Under the pieces are notes generated by a model. The model saw only the letters and a program-made list of their open reading frames with translations, ran no database searches and was not told the DNA's origin. 64,000 nt of DNA from Vicugna vicugna (lineage: Eukaryota): assembly GCA_013265495.1 (NCBI GenBank), contig MU058844.1, positions 8,059,260 to 8,123,259 of the forward strand, given 5' to 3'. Below, piece by piece: positions 1-14,755 of the stretch (its first letter is position 1; each line of letters begins with the position of its first letter). A program made the position numbers and the translations under genes.

Positions 1-799
1 GACTGCTAAGTCATTATACATAATTATTATACACTATATGTACTGTGAGCAAAATCAAAAGATGCCACTTGTTGAAAAGGTTAAATTCCACGGGGCAGGG
101 TAACGAGCGAATTGCTTCCCAGCTCTGTACTTTTATTGCATGAAGAAGAGTGGAAATGGAGATGCAGAAATAGACAACAACCATGTGACATGAACTAGAC
201 AGCTGTGCACACGTGATTCTATTACATAGCTCCCCAAAGCTGAAACCTGCTTCACTGGGTGGCACTTTTAAGTGTCACAGAACTGCGAAGTAGGTTACAG
301 AAAATACAGTTAAGCCTCATCTCTGGTATCTTCTTTTGACAGAGACCTGTTTATTTGTTCTAAATTGAATTTTGTTTAGACTTTGACAGGTGAATAAAGT
401 ACAGTAATAACATCCTACTTCATAAAGATGCTTCTTAAAATTCTAAGCTGTCAAATATGGGCAGTAGGCATCCAATCAAAAAACTGGTTGTATATTTCCA
501 ATGCATTACTAAAAACTCTATCAATTAATATCAGGGGGAAATGAACAAGTTGTAGCTTTTATTTACATTTTTCATTTTAAAATTAGCTTTTGCTTAGGGT
601 CTAAAGAAGAAGAAGTATATTCTCACTATAGTACAATGTCTGAAAAATAGGTGAAGACATAGAGCATTCACTACAAAGGTGCTTCTCCTGAGTTTGAACC
701 TGGACTATGACATCTAAATAAGCCTTTATCCCATATAAGCCCATTTCTACTCTGAAACAGGTCCTGAACAAAAGGCTTGACAACAATTATCTTGTGTAA

Positions 800-920
800 T
801 TCTCTCAATAATACTATAACGGTATAATTCCCATTTTACAAATAAGGAGTCCCAAAATCAGAATGGTTACTCAAATTCACGTAGCTAATTATTGTTGGAT
901 CTAGGAGTCACAGACTGCAC
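800..920 (-). mobile_element. MIR SINE fragment
   Basis: Core-like cccattttacaaataaggag...tcagaatggttac...cacgtagcta (antisense MIR core). Confidence 0.55.
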
Positions 921-1099
921 TGTATATTAATACATGCATAATTCACTTTACAGGTGTCTTCTGAATGTATAATTAAGGCTATATTTTCCTCTACATGTCA
1001 TACAATAATAATAGGTGTGAATATACCTTCCTAATTAAAAAATTGTACTTAATAGGAAGTAAGACAGAGAATTAATACCAAGTGGTTTTATGATAGTTT

Positions 1100-1280
1100 T
1101 CTACATTATTTCTTTTCACCTTTAAAATTAGCAGTTTAAAATAGTATTACTCTTTTCACTTTAGAGATATGAAAACATCAGAGAGAGAGTTAAACAACTT
1201 GCCCATGGTAACAACAAATGGAAAGTCTGAAGATGAGATTCAAATTCAGAGCTGCCAGGCTTCACACCACAGTCTTCCCA
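1100..1280 (-). mobile_element. MIR SINE fragment
   Basis: tcagagagagagttaaacaacttgcccatggtaac...gagattcaaattcag. Confidence 0.6.
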
Positions 1281-1526
1281 CGGCCCCACACTGATCCATT
1301 GGAAGCATGTGCCTATTCTTTGTTGAAACTTTAATAACTGCCCCCTCTCTCCTGCTCATAGAGCCAGTGCTGTTTCATTTTTGGTATCAATAAACTTCTT
1401 TCTTTCCAGATTCATACAATATAAAACCTCTTGGATTTGCTTCAAAGGTGGATAAACTACAGCCTCCAATTGCCTCCAGTTGCCAATCAGCTTCACCAAG
1501 AAATGCATCCTAACCAATACACTGAG

Positions 1527-2010
1527 AGTAATAGCTAATTTTATGCGTCATTTTCACTGGATCATAGGATGCCCAGATAATCTGGTTACACATTATTTCT
1601 GAGTGTGTCTGTGAGGATGCTTCAGGAAGATTAGCACTGTATTCGGCAGACTGAGCAAAGCAGGTTGCCTTTCTCAATGTGGGTGGGCGTCACCCAATCT
1701 GCTGAGGGTCTGGAGAGAGTCAAAAAAAAAAAGAGAATGGGAAGATTTGCTTTCTCTCTCCCTGGGCTGGAACACTGATCTCTGCCTTCACATCTCCTGG
1801 TTCTCAGGTCAACAGACTCAGCCTGGAATTTACACCAGGTTCACAGGCCTCTGAACCACATCACCATCCTTCCTGGGTCTCCAGCTTACAGAGGGCAGCT
1901 TGTCGGACTCCTCAACCTTCGTAATTGCATGAGTCAATGCCTTATAATAAACTTCTTTACTGTATATACATACTATTGGTTCTGTTCCTCTGGGGAGTCT
2001 GATTAACATA
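1527..2010 (+). mobile_element. MLT2-type (ERVL) solo LTR
   Basis: Starts ...gctaattttatgcgtca...ggatgcccagataatctggtt...attatttctgagtgtgtctgtgagg; internal aatgtgggtgggc; ends tattggttctgttcctctgg...taacata; AATAAA near 1946. Confidence 0.85.
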
Positions 2011-2169
2011 TCTCATAAAGGGGTTTTTCTTTGTGTTCAGGGCCTACTTCTCTTAGTGGAAATGTTTACCAGTGAGTGTAGGCAATATCCCCGCGCAGGC
2101 ATAGCTGTGAGTAGTTAGAATCAGAATAAGATTAACACCTAAAAACTCTTTAGCCTTTATTATTATACA

Positions 2170-2350
2170 ATTATATCAAGCTTCCAGGTATTTTATTTAA
2201 TCCTTGCTATAACTCTAGGCGGCATCATAACCCAGTTTTGCAAATGAAGTATAAGGATTAAGCAATTTGACCAAGGTCCATCACAGGATCAAAAAATGGG
2301 AGATTTGAATCCAAGCCTGTTTACTGCCAAAATTGATGCTCTTAGATATT
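2170..2350 (-). mobile_element. MIR SINE fragment
   Basis: atttaatcct...cccagttttgcaaatgaag...ttaagcaatttgaccaaggtc...ggagatttgaatccaag. Confidence 0.65.
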
Positions 2351-4080
2351 TCACAAAGCTGCCTCCGTGTTACAAAGAGTTAAAATTTTTTAAAGACAAA
2401 ATTTTTTTCCTCTTCCCCACTCTATTCCTCCCCCATGAAAACAAATACTATTCAGGTAGGTCTATATGTATTTCCTGGGATCATAGTCAAATCTCTTTCA
2501 AGTATTTCCTATGCCTCCAGGAGAATTCTGTGATATAAAACAAACAAACTTAAGAACTAAAATGCACCTAACACAAATTAAAGGCATTAACCACCAATGA
2601 TTGAACTTCAAACCCATACACAGACTTACTATTTACTCTTTGCTATTTACAGGGGCTATCCACTATGGATGACTAATTACTATGTAATGTTTTGAAGGAG
2701 AAATATTTATCAGTTGGATGAGGTACCATCACTGTGGAGGAAATTCACACTGGGATACAGGCTTAGGGCAAAGCCTGACCTGCTCAGTAAAAGTCAGTGT
2801 AATTAGACTGCTGATTTGTTCGTTCATTCATTCATTCAAAACACATTTTGAAAGTACCACTACAGAGATTTAATGACTAGCTGAAAAGAGTCACAATAAA
2901 AAAGCAGGAACAAAGTTGTGTACAGGTCATGATACAGTATGATGCACCATGGAAATCTGTAGCAAGAAAACCTAACAAACTAGTTGGTTCAGGCACTTGG
3001 GGCGGGGGGGGGGGTTGCAGGGGAAGAACCTTTGTGACTTCTGCAGGAATCAACATACTAAAAAAAAAATTACAAAAAAAAAAAAAGCTTCAGGGTCTGA
3101 TTCCATCATAGATATGGCTATAATTTGGGTTAGACATGCTCCCATGGGCCTATAGTGATTTAGTGCAGTGTACTCACTTTAAACATAAATGTTCAACAAA
3201 GTGGGTGTTTTCTTTGTCCCTTAACAGCAGGGCTCTAACAAAAGTCTGCTGTTGAAGCAATAAATTATGAAAGGAGGAAAAGGGATCATGTATCTCACAG
3301 ACCAGCAGGAATGGGTGTTAGGTCATACCAGCAGTTTCTAACTTAAGAATGAGCAAGAGGAGTTCCAATATGAAAATGTGTGTCTATCTCTTTTGGCTTG
3401 GAATCAATTTTACAACCTAGAAACAATTCACGCAGACATCCGGAAGTACTTGAGGAATTGAAGGAAAACACCATTTCTAACAATGTTCCTGAAATGGCCT
3501 TTGCAGGTTTAATTTTGGTGCTGAGAAGGGCTGCCCCTTCACCCAGCTCCAGGGTCAAGCAGAGCAAGGATCTTTTTGTGGCAGGAGTCATCATTTACAG
3601 GTTCTGGCAGCAGGAGAAGGAGGTGAATTAGTGGCTGGAGACGGGGAAAAAGCTGGAAGGGTGCCAAAAGACGCAAATGGAATGATAGGAGGTTGGAGAT
3701 TGAGGTGCTCAGTGAAGAGAAAATTGGTGAATGCTTTCAGCAGCACTAGCTTTTCCTTTTCTTATCTTTTCTGTTCACTCCACCCTCATGTTTTATGAAG
3801 GTACTGGTCTTGCCCAGAGAAACTTCTCACCCCTGAATGCTTCCCATTAGTTTTTTTTTCTTTTTTTCAGGACAGAGTCTAGAAATTGGCCAGCTTGTTT
3901 CTTTCCTCGATATCAGCTGCTGCTTTTGATTAAAGTTCCATTCTCTTCTCCAACCTTAAGTTTCAGGAGATTGAGCACACGTTTTGCATCCCAGGATTGC
4001 ACCCATCCCTAAATCTGGTCTTTGAAGATTTGGAGATTTTTCTAAAGATACTTACTTCAATAGGCAAAGATAGAGGGGAT

Positions 4081-4103
4081 ACACACACACACACACACAC
4101 ACA
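4081..4103. repeat. (CA)n microsatellite
   Basis: About 11 AC units seen directly. Confidence 0.9.
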
Positions 4104-4217
4104 TGATAATTAAAACCAACAAACCAAAGGCTAGTCATAGAATATAAATGATGTTAAAAATTGGATTACCTCTAGATTTCAAGACAGCTTAGATTATTCC
4201 CCTAATCTGGACTTCCT

Positions 4218-4455
4218 TTTTTTTTTTAAATTGAATTATAGTTGATTTATAATGTTTTGTTAGTTTGTGCTGTATAGCATATTGATTCAGTTATACACAC
4301 TCACATATATACATATATATATGCTCTTTTTCATATTCTTTATCATTACAGGCTATTAGAAGAAACTGAATGTAGTTCCCTGTGCTATATAGTATGACCT
4401 TGTTGTTTATCTGTTTTATACACAGTAGTTAGTATCTGAAAATCCCATATTCCTC
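4218..4455 (-). mobile_element. L1 3' end fragment (cetartiodactyl/camelid type)
   Basis: Poly-T then aattgaattatagttgatttataatg...gattcagttata...tagttccctgtgctatatagta...ttgttgtttatc = reverse complement of an L1 3' UTR. Confidence 0.85.
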
Positions 4456-4884
4456 TTCTCTGAGAAAGTGCCTGCCTATCATTTTTGGAGCTGGTCATCA
4501 CCAGATGTGGTTCTACTGACCGCTGGACCTAGTTCTTCTTCTCTAGGTGATTGGTGATCATTTCCCCACACTGTCTTCCTTATATCAGAACAAGATAGGA
4601 TCATTCCTCCCTCCTGCCTCTCATCCAGCCCCTATCTAGTCATTTTCAACAACCAGGGAACCTGAGGCCAAAGTCAATGTATGGACACTATAACTGAAAG
4701 CAATGGAGGAGTAAAGAGAAAAGGCACCCTTAGTACTCTTTGATTCCACAGAGGTCAACAGGCGCAGAGGGAAAAAGAAAAGGCAGGGGGGCAAGTCTCT
4801 AAAATAATCCATGATGCACCCGTCACATATGAAGAGTTTAAGGAAAGTGGATGTACCTAAATCATGGACAGCAGGTACATAGAT

Positions 4885-5200
4885 ACATCTATCAAATATT
4901 TATCAAGCTTTTACTGTGAACTAAGCACCATGCTAGGCACTTAGGATCTATATAAAAGCCCTGTCTTCTGGGAGCATAAGTGTTAGAAATATACAACATA
5001 AACTGTACATTTGCATTAATTTGAATATCACTATATATAGAACAGGAAATTATAAATTTCACTAGAAGGTGATAAATGTAATGTGAAAAGAGGAATTAAG
5101 TAAAGAAGAACAGGTGAGGGGCAGAGAGCGGTTGCAGCTGAAATAGGGCAGCTGGGGGCCCGCATACGATTCTTGGAGCAAGAATTGAAACAAGTGAGAA
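4885..5200 (-). mobile_element. L2 fragment
   Basis: aaatatttatcaagc...tactgtg...aagcaccatgctaggcac (antisense L2 3' end). Confidence 0.55.
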
Positions 5201-6559
5201 ACATGAGATATAACTTAGCCCCAGTAATAATTTAATATATATATTATTTATATGAACAACATATAAGAGATAAATAAGCAGCAGATGACAAGATATTAAT
5301 TTTTAAAATTCATTATCATCTTAATACCCAGATGGCTTCCCTCAAACTTCAATTATACTTTAAGCAACTTTTCCAACATAAGAGCAAAAATCAGATAGGC
5401 ATTGTATACAAGAAAAAATAAGTTAAATGGAAGACAATGTTACTATATTTCCTAGTGTGTCTAGGAAATAATTCTTAAGTCACAGTAATTGGAAAACTGC
5501 AGAGAACTGATTGAAACTACACAGATAACAAATTTACATCTGCTCATTTTTCTTCAGGAGCAGAGGGGAAAAAACACTATTTACATAAAGCAAAACTTCC
5601 TTCTGAGAAAACTGAAATTAATTTACTTGAAATTCTGCTGCATATCAGCCTGCACTTTCCACAGGAACATAATTTTAGGAACAACAAAACTGCTTCTGGT
5701 CATGACAGCAACTTTCAACCAGTTTTAAAGTTAAACCAAACAAAAGGCATTAAGAAAGAATGCAATAATGAACTTTATAAACCCCTTTTACGGGCCTTCT
5801 AACACAGGGCTTCAAATTTACCTACAGTGCTCTGGACAGAAATGACTATAAAATTAAAGGTCGTTTTAATGAGATTTCAGAAAAATGCCTTTCATCATTT
5901 TTCCATGGAAAATAGTTTAACTCTCTCTGTACAGTTAATTTTGAATGAATATTTCTACATGGAAAAGCATGATCCACACAGTGCCATTTTAAAACTACAT
6001 TTATAATAGAAAACCTATAATACAAACAAGCGTATGAATGATTTAATATCCTCCTTTTTTTTTTGTCAGTCTCTAAGAAGATTCTCATTTCCCTCAATTT
6101 CACTTTGGGTTGCAGTGGGGAGGGCAAGATTTAACAGTTAGTTCCAGCAAGCAATCCTCAACACCAATACTACAATGTGTAGTTTCCATCGCTATAAAAG
6201 AAATGAGTGTGAAATTTTATGTGGTTTAATTCAACTCTATCCTCAAACATTTGTGAGTACCAAGGAGGTGTCAAGGACTTTATGTGCTAGAAACAAAGAC
6301 ATCAATAATTTACATCCCCAGCCCCCAAGGAGCTCCTAGTGTGAATTTCAACTCTTTGGCCATTGTGTCCATGCATCTTATAGGGTAGAATTACTCTCTA
6401 GGATATCCTGTAGCTATGTGATGACAAAATGTTATTCTCTACTACATTGAGGAGAAGTGAATACTATTTCTAAGTTTCTAGACTCATGATTGATGCCACT
6501 ATTTCCACCCCGCCCCCAAAGGAACATAAAAACCTTATAGAAATAGTTAACTTCTCTAT

Positions 6560-7192
6560 AGTACACAGTCTTTGGCCATTTCTCCCCTTACTGTCCTAAT
6601 CATAGCATCAAACATCCAGGCTCCTTTCCTTCAACCTCAACATAACTTTATGCTTCCACTTTCTCTATCAAGTTCCTTCATTATTGGTACTCCCCAAGAT
6701 TCCATCCATGGTCCTTCTTTCATTTATCCTTATACATATTATACACACATACACACACACATACATATTATTTACAGTCAGTTTCAGTTTTCATACTTTA
6801 CTCCAAAATCTACATCCTCTATTTCAGAATACTCTCGTAAGTGGTAGAAACACATTTTAGTTGCCTACTGGATGCTCAACAGTCACTGGAAACTTACGTA
6901 GTAAAAACTGGACAATTCTTCCTCTAAACAACTTTGTTCTTTTATTTTTCTTGTCCTTTTTTTATTATTAGGTTTTCTTTTTCTTCAGGTTGATTTGAAT
7001 CTCTGTCTTCTCATAATAATATAACCATCTCCCTTAGAAGAGATACTACCTTAATACTTAATATTTTTTAAAAATTCAAACTTCAAACTACTCGAGGGCA
7101 AAAAATACACTCTCCTGGTTAGCTTACTCTCATCATCTAATACAGTGCCTATCACTCTGAAGCACTAATATTTGTTAAATGAATTAATGAAT
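6560..7192 (+). mobile_element. L2 fragments
   Basis: ttgcctactggatg...cagtgcct...tatttgttaaatgaattaatgaat, a typical L2 3' terminus. Confidence 0.55.
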
Positions 7193-9269
7193 CCTTATTT
7201 CCAAAACATGAGTTTGTAAATGTGTTCATCTCTATAAATGTACTCAGAAAATGTGATTCATGTTAATCAAACGTTATCAATGGTCATTTTATCTCATAAA
7301 TGTGTGAAAACTGGTGATGTCTGACATAGGTGTTATAAGAATTGGAGATTTTAGAGCGGCAAGAAAACAGATTTCACCTTGAGAATTTAACTGTAAAAAT
7401 CAACCCACAATGAATCGGAGAACTGGTGTACAAAAATGAACTATGGAAAGAAGGTGGCTCAGAAGCTAGCAGGTATGAAGTGTTAACTTGTCTAACTGTA
7501 TTAACACAGCTGAGTACGAAATGTAAAAGTCTGCATGAAAGAGCAGTGGTGTAACTTAGAACAAAGTCTGTAAGTGAGGATTTACAGAGGCAAATGCCAA
7601 CAGTACTCATTCCAGCACCTTCCAAGGAAGGAGGAGCTTCAGCCAAGAGGTTTCATAGCATCAGGCTGCCTTAGACTAATATCATTATAAATTAACTCAC
7701 CCAATACTCTTTGGCCTGATGCTCTTATAAACTGAATGTTTTTAACACATGGATAGATTAGATATGTTTATCAAACTTAAGATTCCCACGTAGACTTGAC
7801 TGGACTGAGTCTTTCTAGTACCTGTGACAATACAGTGGAGGAAATTCCATGAAGACACTAAAAGAGAGGAATTTTCTCATCCTTCTGTGTCTTTTTGTTA
7901 TGTAAGTACATCTCTCTGGGACTGATCACCCCAGGCAACTAGGCACCTCGGACACCTGAACTGATTGTTTCTTTCCTCAGACCACTTGCAGAAATTTACT
8001 GAATACTTTAAAGGCTGCACAATGAGCTTTCATGTTACACACAATTTGTAACAATTTGTAAGTTGAACTATTAATCACATATGATGCTTTACACCATAAA
8101 AACTGCAGTAAAAAAATCTTTCATCTTGTGCCTTTTTCTGTTTTTAATTGACCTGGATGTATTATAACTGCAGCTTCTCCATTAAATGTCTGACTTCCTC
8201 TTTACCATTCTGCAGACGTCCAGGGCATCCTATATTAATTCTCTTGCTTTAATCTATCCTGGCATCTTGACAAGACGGATTTGGCCAAATTTCTTGACTG
8301 TAGTATATCATGGCCAAAACTCAAGAATGGATAATTTAATGCTAAAATATACTCAGAATTTACACACACAAATGCATATAAATGGTTGATGAAGTCATTA
8401 AGCATGGTTAATTTGCCCTAGTTTCAAATCATTGCTAATTTTTACTTTTGAAAATATTCTCAAAAAAGGCTGCACTTAACATCTTTAGTTGATCTACTTG
8501 TCCTGTGGAGATGGCTAATGTTACAGTAAGTCTACAAATTCGAACTGAAAATTACTAAAAGCCAATTTTAAATAATGTGTTTCTATAAACAAATATCAGT
8601 TGTAGAGCAACTAATACATCTCAAGTAGGATTTCAAAGAGACTACTACTATTTTAAGAATCATGGAATATCTTATTACCACAGTTTTATTAAATCAGAAT
8701 AGAAGTATACCCTTCATATTTGCTATTTAATTTTTTTGATTAACAAACTAAAATATTAAAATTTATTGTGTTCAAAGATCCCCTGGAAGGTTATCCAGTT
8801 ATGTAACATATCCATTGTTTTATCTTACTGATTCTGAAAAACAGCTTGGTTTCAATATGTTTGTAATAAAGAAAATTTTTCGGGTTAGGTGGGAGAAAGG
8901 GAAAGAGAACTCAAGTCTTGACACTAGATGATATATTTCAGAATTGTTATGCCACATGAGTATGGAGACAATAACCATGGTCTCTGTGAGAGAATTTCAC
9001 TACTCTTATGGTTTTTGGACAGTAACCCTTCATAGATATATATAATGGAAAAAGTTGTGGAATAAATCAACATGGAGAGTCAAATATGTGAACATGGCCA
9101 GTAATGAGCTGGGAAAGAAGTGGATCAGCAAGATATAACAGGTAGGACATGGGACGGTTGTCTAGCAAACTTGAACTTAGTTGATTTATTTTCATTCACT
9201 AATGTTGTCATTAATCATTTCACTTAATAGTTTATTAATTTGTTTGTTAGTTAATTAATCAACATATCC

Positions 9270-9740
9270 ATAGTTTAATTCATTCATTAGCTTATTAATC
9301 AAAATGTACATAATTTAAAGCCCATGTGGTTGGCACTGTGCTTGGTACTAGAAATAGAATGGTACCTAAACATCCCCTGGCCTTAAAGACATTGCACTGT
9401 AATTAAGGGGAACATGGTATCATATGTAAATATGATTCACACTAAAAAGAGCCAAGTGTTAGCTGCTAATGGTGGCATCTGGGATGGGTAACTATCTTCC
9501 AACTCTGAAAATAGGAAAGGTATCGTCCCAGGAAAGTGTCACTTGAGCTGAAATAGGAAGGATGTACAGGTATCAGGTCAGACAAACAGGATGGGGAGTA
9601 GGGTGTAAAGCAGTCAGAAGAGGAGAAAATAGTAGAGAATGTTGCAGGCAAAACAAATAGTATGTGCAAACGTCTCCCAACAGATAAGAATATAACATAT
9701 TTGGGAAAACTCCAAGAAAGAAACTTCAACTAAAAATCAG
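9270..9740 (-). mobile_element. L2 fragment
   Basis: ttcattcatt...ggcactgtgcttggtactagaaatagaatg...ggaaagtgtcacttgagctga...agtatgtgcaaa. Confidence 0.6.
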
Positions 9741-9749
9741 AAATATGAT

Positions 9750-11220
9750 AGAGCAACAACAACAAAAATTTTGAATCAGGCATATTTAGAAAAACCTAAA
9801 ATCTAAACAATCAGGAATAACCAGTTAAAAATGTAATGAGGGGGAAAAAAGGGATCTAATTCACATTAGCAAAAATACTCTTGAAATCATTGAGAATAAA
9901 TTAACCTCAAATATGTGTGACCTTTGTGAACTAAAATACAAAGTTTTAATGATGGGAAACTTAAAAATTGAAATAAATTTAGAAATACACGTATCTGGAA
10001 GAGAAACTTCAAGAGTGTGACAGTGTCAGTTTCCCTCACTATAACATATAGACACTGGAAAACCAACCAAAAACCCAACTGGACTTCTAATGCAACTTTA
10101 CAAGGCTATGATCAAGTTCGTATTAAAGACAAAACACATAGGGATAATCAAGAAATGCCTGGAAACAAATAACAAGGATGGGAAACTCGACTTTTAAAAT
10201 ACAAAATTTAGTAGATGTTACAGTAAATGAAACAATTTGTTCTTGGTGTGGGCTAACAAAAGACCAGAAGAAAGCCCACAACAACGAGCCTATATTTACA
10301 TACAAACAGTCTAGGTGACATGAATGTAAATTATTACAAAGATACTAGTTTTCATTGTGGAAAAAAAATATATATATACACCTTAATACAAAAAATAATA
10401 TATTCAGGGTGTCTTAAGTATATAAAGAAAAAAACAAAAATAATTCTAAAACTATTTTAAAAACATAATAGCCTTTTTAAAAAAATTAGCTGGTGAATGG
10501 TCTTCATAAAGACACAAAATACATAGGGTTTAAAGGAAAGGACCTGTGGATTTTTTTTCTATATAGAAATTCAAGTTACGTACAATAAAGATGATCATAA
10601 GAAATGTAAAAACACAAGCCAAAACTAGGAGAAAGTATTTGTAGAACGATGTTTGTATACATACATATATACATATACATATACATGCGCACGCGCACAC
10701 ACACACACACACACACATACACTTTAAAACCTGCAAATCAACAAGAAAAACTTCACCCAACAGAAAACTAGGCAAGAAATAGGAACAATTAATTCCCAGG
10801 AAAACTACCAAGAACCAATAAACAAAGTAAACTCCCGTTTTAATTAGGCGCACAGATTAATTATTAAGGAACATGGTTTTGAAACCATCCCATCGGATAT
10901 TTATGAATGCTGTATATGTAATGGCTCCATTAGGAACGATTTAATGTCAGTCAAAGCAGGGACAGTCATGCAAGTCCTGACACATCTGGACACACACAGA
11001 GAAGTAAGAAATCAATGGTGATGCACGTATACAGGGGAAAGTGAAGTGTGCATGTATGACTTCCATGCTCTAACTACATATATAAATGCTTATTAAAAAT
11101 GAGAAGATATATACCAGAGGAGAGGAAACACATGTAATGACTTTTATGCTTTACTCCACATTCTTCTATACTGCTTCAATATTTTACAAGGTTATATTCG
11201 TGTATTAGTCAAGTAGTAAA
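9750..11220 (+). mobile_element. Ancient degraded L1 (L1M-type ORF2/3' region) with embedded (TA/CA)n tract at ~10655-10722
   Basis: A-rich L1-like motifs (aaactaggagaaagtatttgta, ctgcaaatcaacaagaaaaa, ggcaagaaataggaaca). Confidence 0.5.
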
Positions 11221-12008
11221 AATTATCCATTAAAACAAAATGAAATAAGAGGCCTTGCTCTTGCCACGTGAACAGGAAGGCATATCTGTAAACCATCTTA
11301 CCTTATTCTAGGAATTACTAAAGGGCCAGATGTGTTGTGTGCCCAGAACTCCAGTGATTGCAAGCCAGTGGAATTTCACCAGAATCTCTCAGTCCCATTC
11401 ACGTTATCTTAGACACAGCAAGCACTTCCTGGTGCTCCTGTTTGATAGCCTCTCCTGAATTCTCTATTTTGGGAGATGAGTTTGCTCACCTGGTATTTCG
11501 TGGATACCTCCCCCCATCTCTCACACACACTCACATACCCACATCCATGGAACCTGGCAAGAAACCTTGTCCTGAACTGTAGCCATTTGGCCAAGGGTTA
11601 TTTTCCCCTCATTTCTGCCAGTCCCCATTTCATAGGCTTCTCATGCCTTGTTTTCAATGAGGCTCAAGGAATAGCTTGGCCTCATTAACAGGTAGTGAGA
11701 CCACTTCCATTCTGTAAACTCTAATCCTTCTAATCTCTCAAAGGTTCTCAAAATCAGGCCCTGAATGTACAAATAGATCTCTCATTAGAACCAAATCTAA
11801 GGTGACAATCACCCTACATTTCCCTCACTGCTCTATCCTCCTAAATTACTTCCTCCCAAGACAGAGTTCTTGGCATCATGAGATACATGAACTTGTTGAA
11901 ATTCTATGCAAAATTAACCTCATAAAGGTGCCTTTTACCCAACCCCCTTTTCCCATTAAAAACCACTGTCTGGCTCTCTGCCTCTTAAATGGAAGCTCAA
12001 TGGGCAGC

Positions 12009-12438
12009 TGTTACTGAATGAATTACGTCTCTCCAAAAAAAAAAAAAAAAATTGTCGACATCATAACACCCAATACCGTAGACTATGACTGAATTTGGAA
12101 ATAGGGTCACTACAGATACAATGTGACAACAGAGGTGGGTCCCTAATCCAACAGGAGTATCCTTATAAGAGGATGTGAGGACAGTTACCCACGGAGATCA
12201 TCATGTGATGACAAAGGCAGAGATTGAAGTCATGTAGCTGCAAGTCAAGGAATTCCAATGAATTCCACAGGAAGGAGGCCAGGAAGGATCCCCCTACAGG
12301 TTTCAGAGGGAGCGTGTCCTGAGGACACCCAGATATGGAACTGCTGGCCTCCAAAACTGTGATACAATAAATTGCTATTATTTTAAGCCACCTAATTTGT
12401 GGTACTTTGTTATAGCAGCCCCAGGAAATTAACATACA
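12009..12438 (+). mobile_element. MLT1 (MaLR) solo LTR, MLT1B/C-like
   Basis: tgttactgaatgaatt...tttggaaatagggtc...ccctaatccaa...ccttataagagg...ggcctccaaaactgtga...aataaa...ttttaagccacctaatttgtggtactttgttatagcagccccaggaaattaacataca. Confidence 0.88.
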
Positions 12439-12769
12439 AATCAACCTAACATAAATGTGTTTGTTTCTGAAATGTGAAGAAAACACAGTTCTAAATATCT
12501 AATTCAAGAAGGCTCTGACAACCCAGAACTGTTTAGTGACAATGATGAAATTATACTTACACAATTCAAAGAATGTGGTTATTTAATACCGCCTACTACT
12601 CTTATCACTTAGGTGATAAACGGAGTTCCCTTGCTCTGACATGGACTTCATAATTCATTCATGCAATCAACAAATACAGGTTTCCTCTAGGTATGGAGAG
12701 ATATAATGACCAGTAAAAAATTTCCACCACTTCAAGAAGCTGAATATGGATGGTAGTGATCATATTGCT

Positions 12770-13750
12770 TCAGTATTAAATAGGATGTTGCTATTAACTT
12801 TAGACATAGATAATCTTTATGTTGTAGAAGTATTTATTTATTCCTGGTTTATTTATAGGTCTTGTTTTCTGAGGCAGATGTTTATCAAAAGCCTTCTGGC
12901 ATTTCTAGAGATGATCATAATTTTTTTCCTCTCTTGACTTTTTAAATTGAAGGAGTATAGCGATTGAACTGTTGTACTGAATATTCCACTATAAATTTGA
13001 GAAAAAATCCCATCTGATAATGGTGTTTTAATCTTGACTATGCTGCTGCACCTACTGTATTAATTTTAAAACATGTCTACATTTATATTCACAAGTCTAA
13101 TTGGCCTGTTGTGGCTCTGTTATTTATTCCTGCTTGTTTTTTGTTGGTTTTTTGAGTTTGTCATTGTTGTCATTATTCTTTTTGTGTGTGTGTGTAATGT
13201 TAAATAGGGTCAAGACCTTTTGCTGTCAGTTTTATCTAGCTTCACAAAATAAGTAAGAAGTGTTAACTAGTGCAAAAAATACCATTTGATTAAAGATTTG
13301 ATAGAACTTATGAAATGTCTTAACTTAGTTTCTTAGGGAGAAAATTCTTTAATATGGTTTTCAAATTTTTCCAAGATTTTTGAATCAGACTGTCTACTTC
13401 TTCTTGGGCTAATGTTAATCATTTATATTTTCCCAGAAAAGTATTCATATTACTAAGATTTTCACATGTATAAAACTAACATTTTGTTACTTTAAGCTTC
13501 CATATTCCTGGTTGTAGCCCCTTTCTCATTCTCAATATTATATATTTAAGATTTTCTATTTTGTCCTATAATTTCCCTTGCCAGTTGCCTGTTGATCTTT
13601 CAAAGAACAAGCTCTTACATTTATTCATTACTTCCCATTGTTTCCCTAAATTCTACTTCATTAACATTTTCTTTTTGCTTCCTTCAAATTTATTGTTTAT
13701 TTTATTGCTCCTTTTTTCCTAGTTTCTCAGATTAGATGATTACTTAGATT
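12770..13750 (-). mobile_element. Ancient L1 ORF2 remnant (antisense on + strand)
   Basis: T-rich L1-antisense motifs (tttatcaaaagccttctggcatttctagagatgatcata, atttatattcacaagt, atcttttcaaagaacaagctc). Confidence 0.6.
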
Positions 13751-14247
13751 CTTAAAGAACAAAAATGAAAACTAACTTATAGTGCCAAATCCCTCTTACC
13801 CACAGAAATGATCCCCTTTGTTATGTATTGATTTAAATCACATTAAATTTATTATCTGCATTCTGAAATCTAATGCCTAATGAAATATTCAATGTTCTAT
13901 TGAATTACCAGTTTAAATAGCAGTTGGAATAGACTGACTGGGCCAAATCTATAACAATGAAAGAACACTGAGAATTTTTCAGACTAGAAATCAATTATAT
14001 TTCAAATGGCAGTGAGTGGTGCAGTTAAAAGGTTGAAAGTCGACTATATATTTATAAAATTTGACAGAGTAAATCACTAAGCAATGGTCCATTGGCTTTG
14101 TCCCTGAAAATTTATTATGCTTGAAAAGAGAAACCAACATCATAAGGCAGATCTGTTAAACCTGGTCTTAAAGTTACTTGAGTGAACTACTGAATGTTAA
14201 TAAATTGGCAATATGAATAAAAGGCTATGTAATAAACACAATACATC

Positions 14248-14580
14248 TGTTGCCATTAATGGTAGGGGGGGTAGGTGGAATGGGTGAAGGAGGTCAAAAG
14301 GTACAAACCTCCAGTTATAAAATAAATAAGTCATGGGGATGTAATATATACTATGACCACTAGTTAATAATACTGTATTGCTTATTTAAAAGTTGCCAAG
14401 GGAAATTTGCAAAGTAAAAGTTCTCATCACAAGAATAAAATTTTGTAACAATGTTTGGTAACAGATGATAACTAGACTTCCTGTAGTGATCATTTCACAA
14501 TTTATACAAAACTGAATCATTATGTTGTACACCTGAAACGAATAAAATCTTATATGTCAATTATACCTCATCTCAAAAAA
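14248..14580 (+). mobile_element. L1 3' end (L1MA9-like)
   Basis: gggtgaaggaggtcaaaaggtacaaacctccagttataaaataaataagtcatggggatgta...gatcatttcacaat...tgtacacctgaaac...tgtcaattatacctca then A tail. Confidence 0.85.
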
Positions 14581-14755
14581 GTAGTACTATTTTACGTTTT
14601 ACATTATATGACTATCATCTGTAAGCACAGATTGAAGTGATAGCAAAACAATGTAATAATGAATGGATTTAGATAATTCAAAACAATTTCTACAGTACTT
14701 TCTTCTTTTATAAAATTAAAGTTCACCTTTATTTTGAACAAATTGCTCTATCTGC

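Noticed and set aside
3343..3631. Overlapping 83-aa ORFs on both strands, and the many other 60-115 aa ORFs
   Set aside because: No homology recognised, often TTG/GTG starts or inside repeats; expected by chance in 64 kb.
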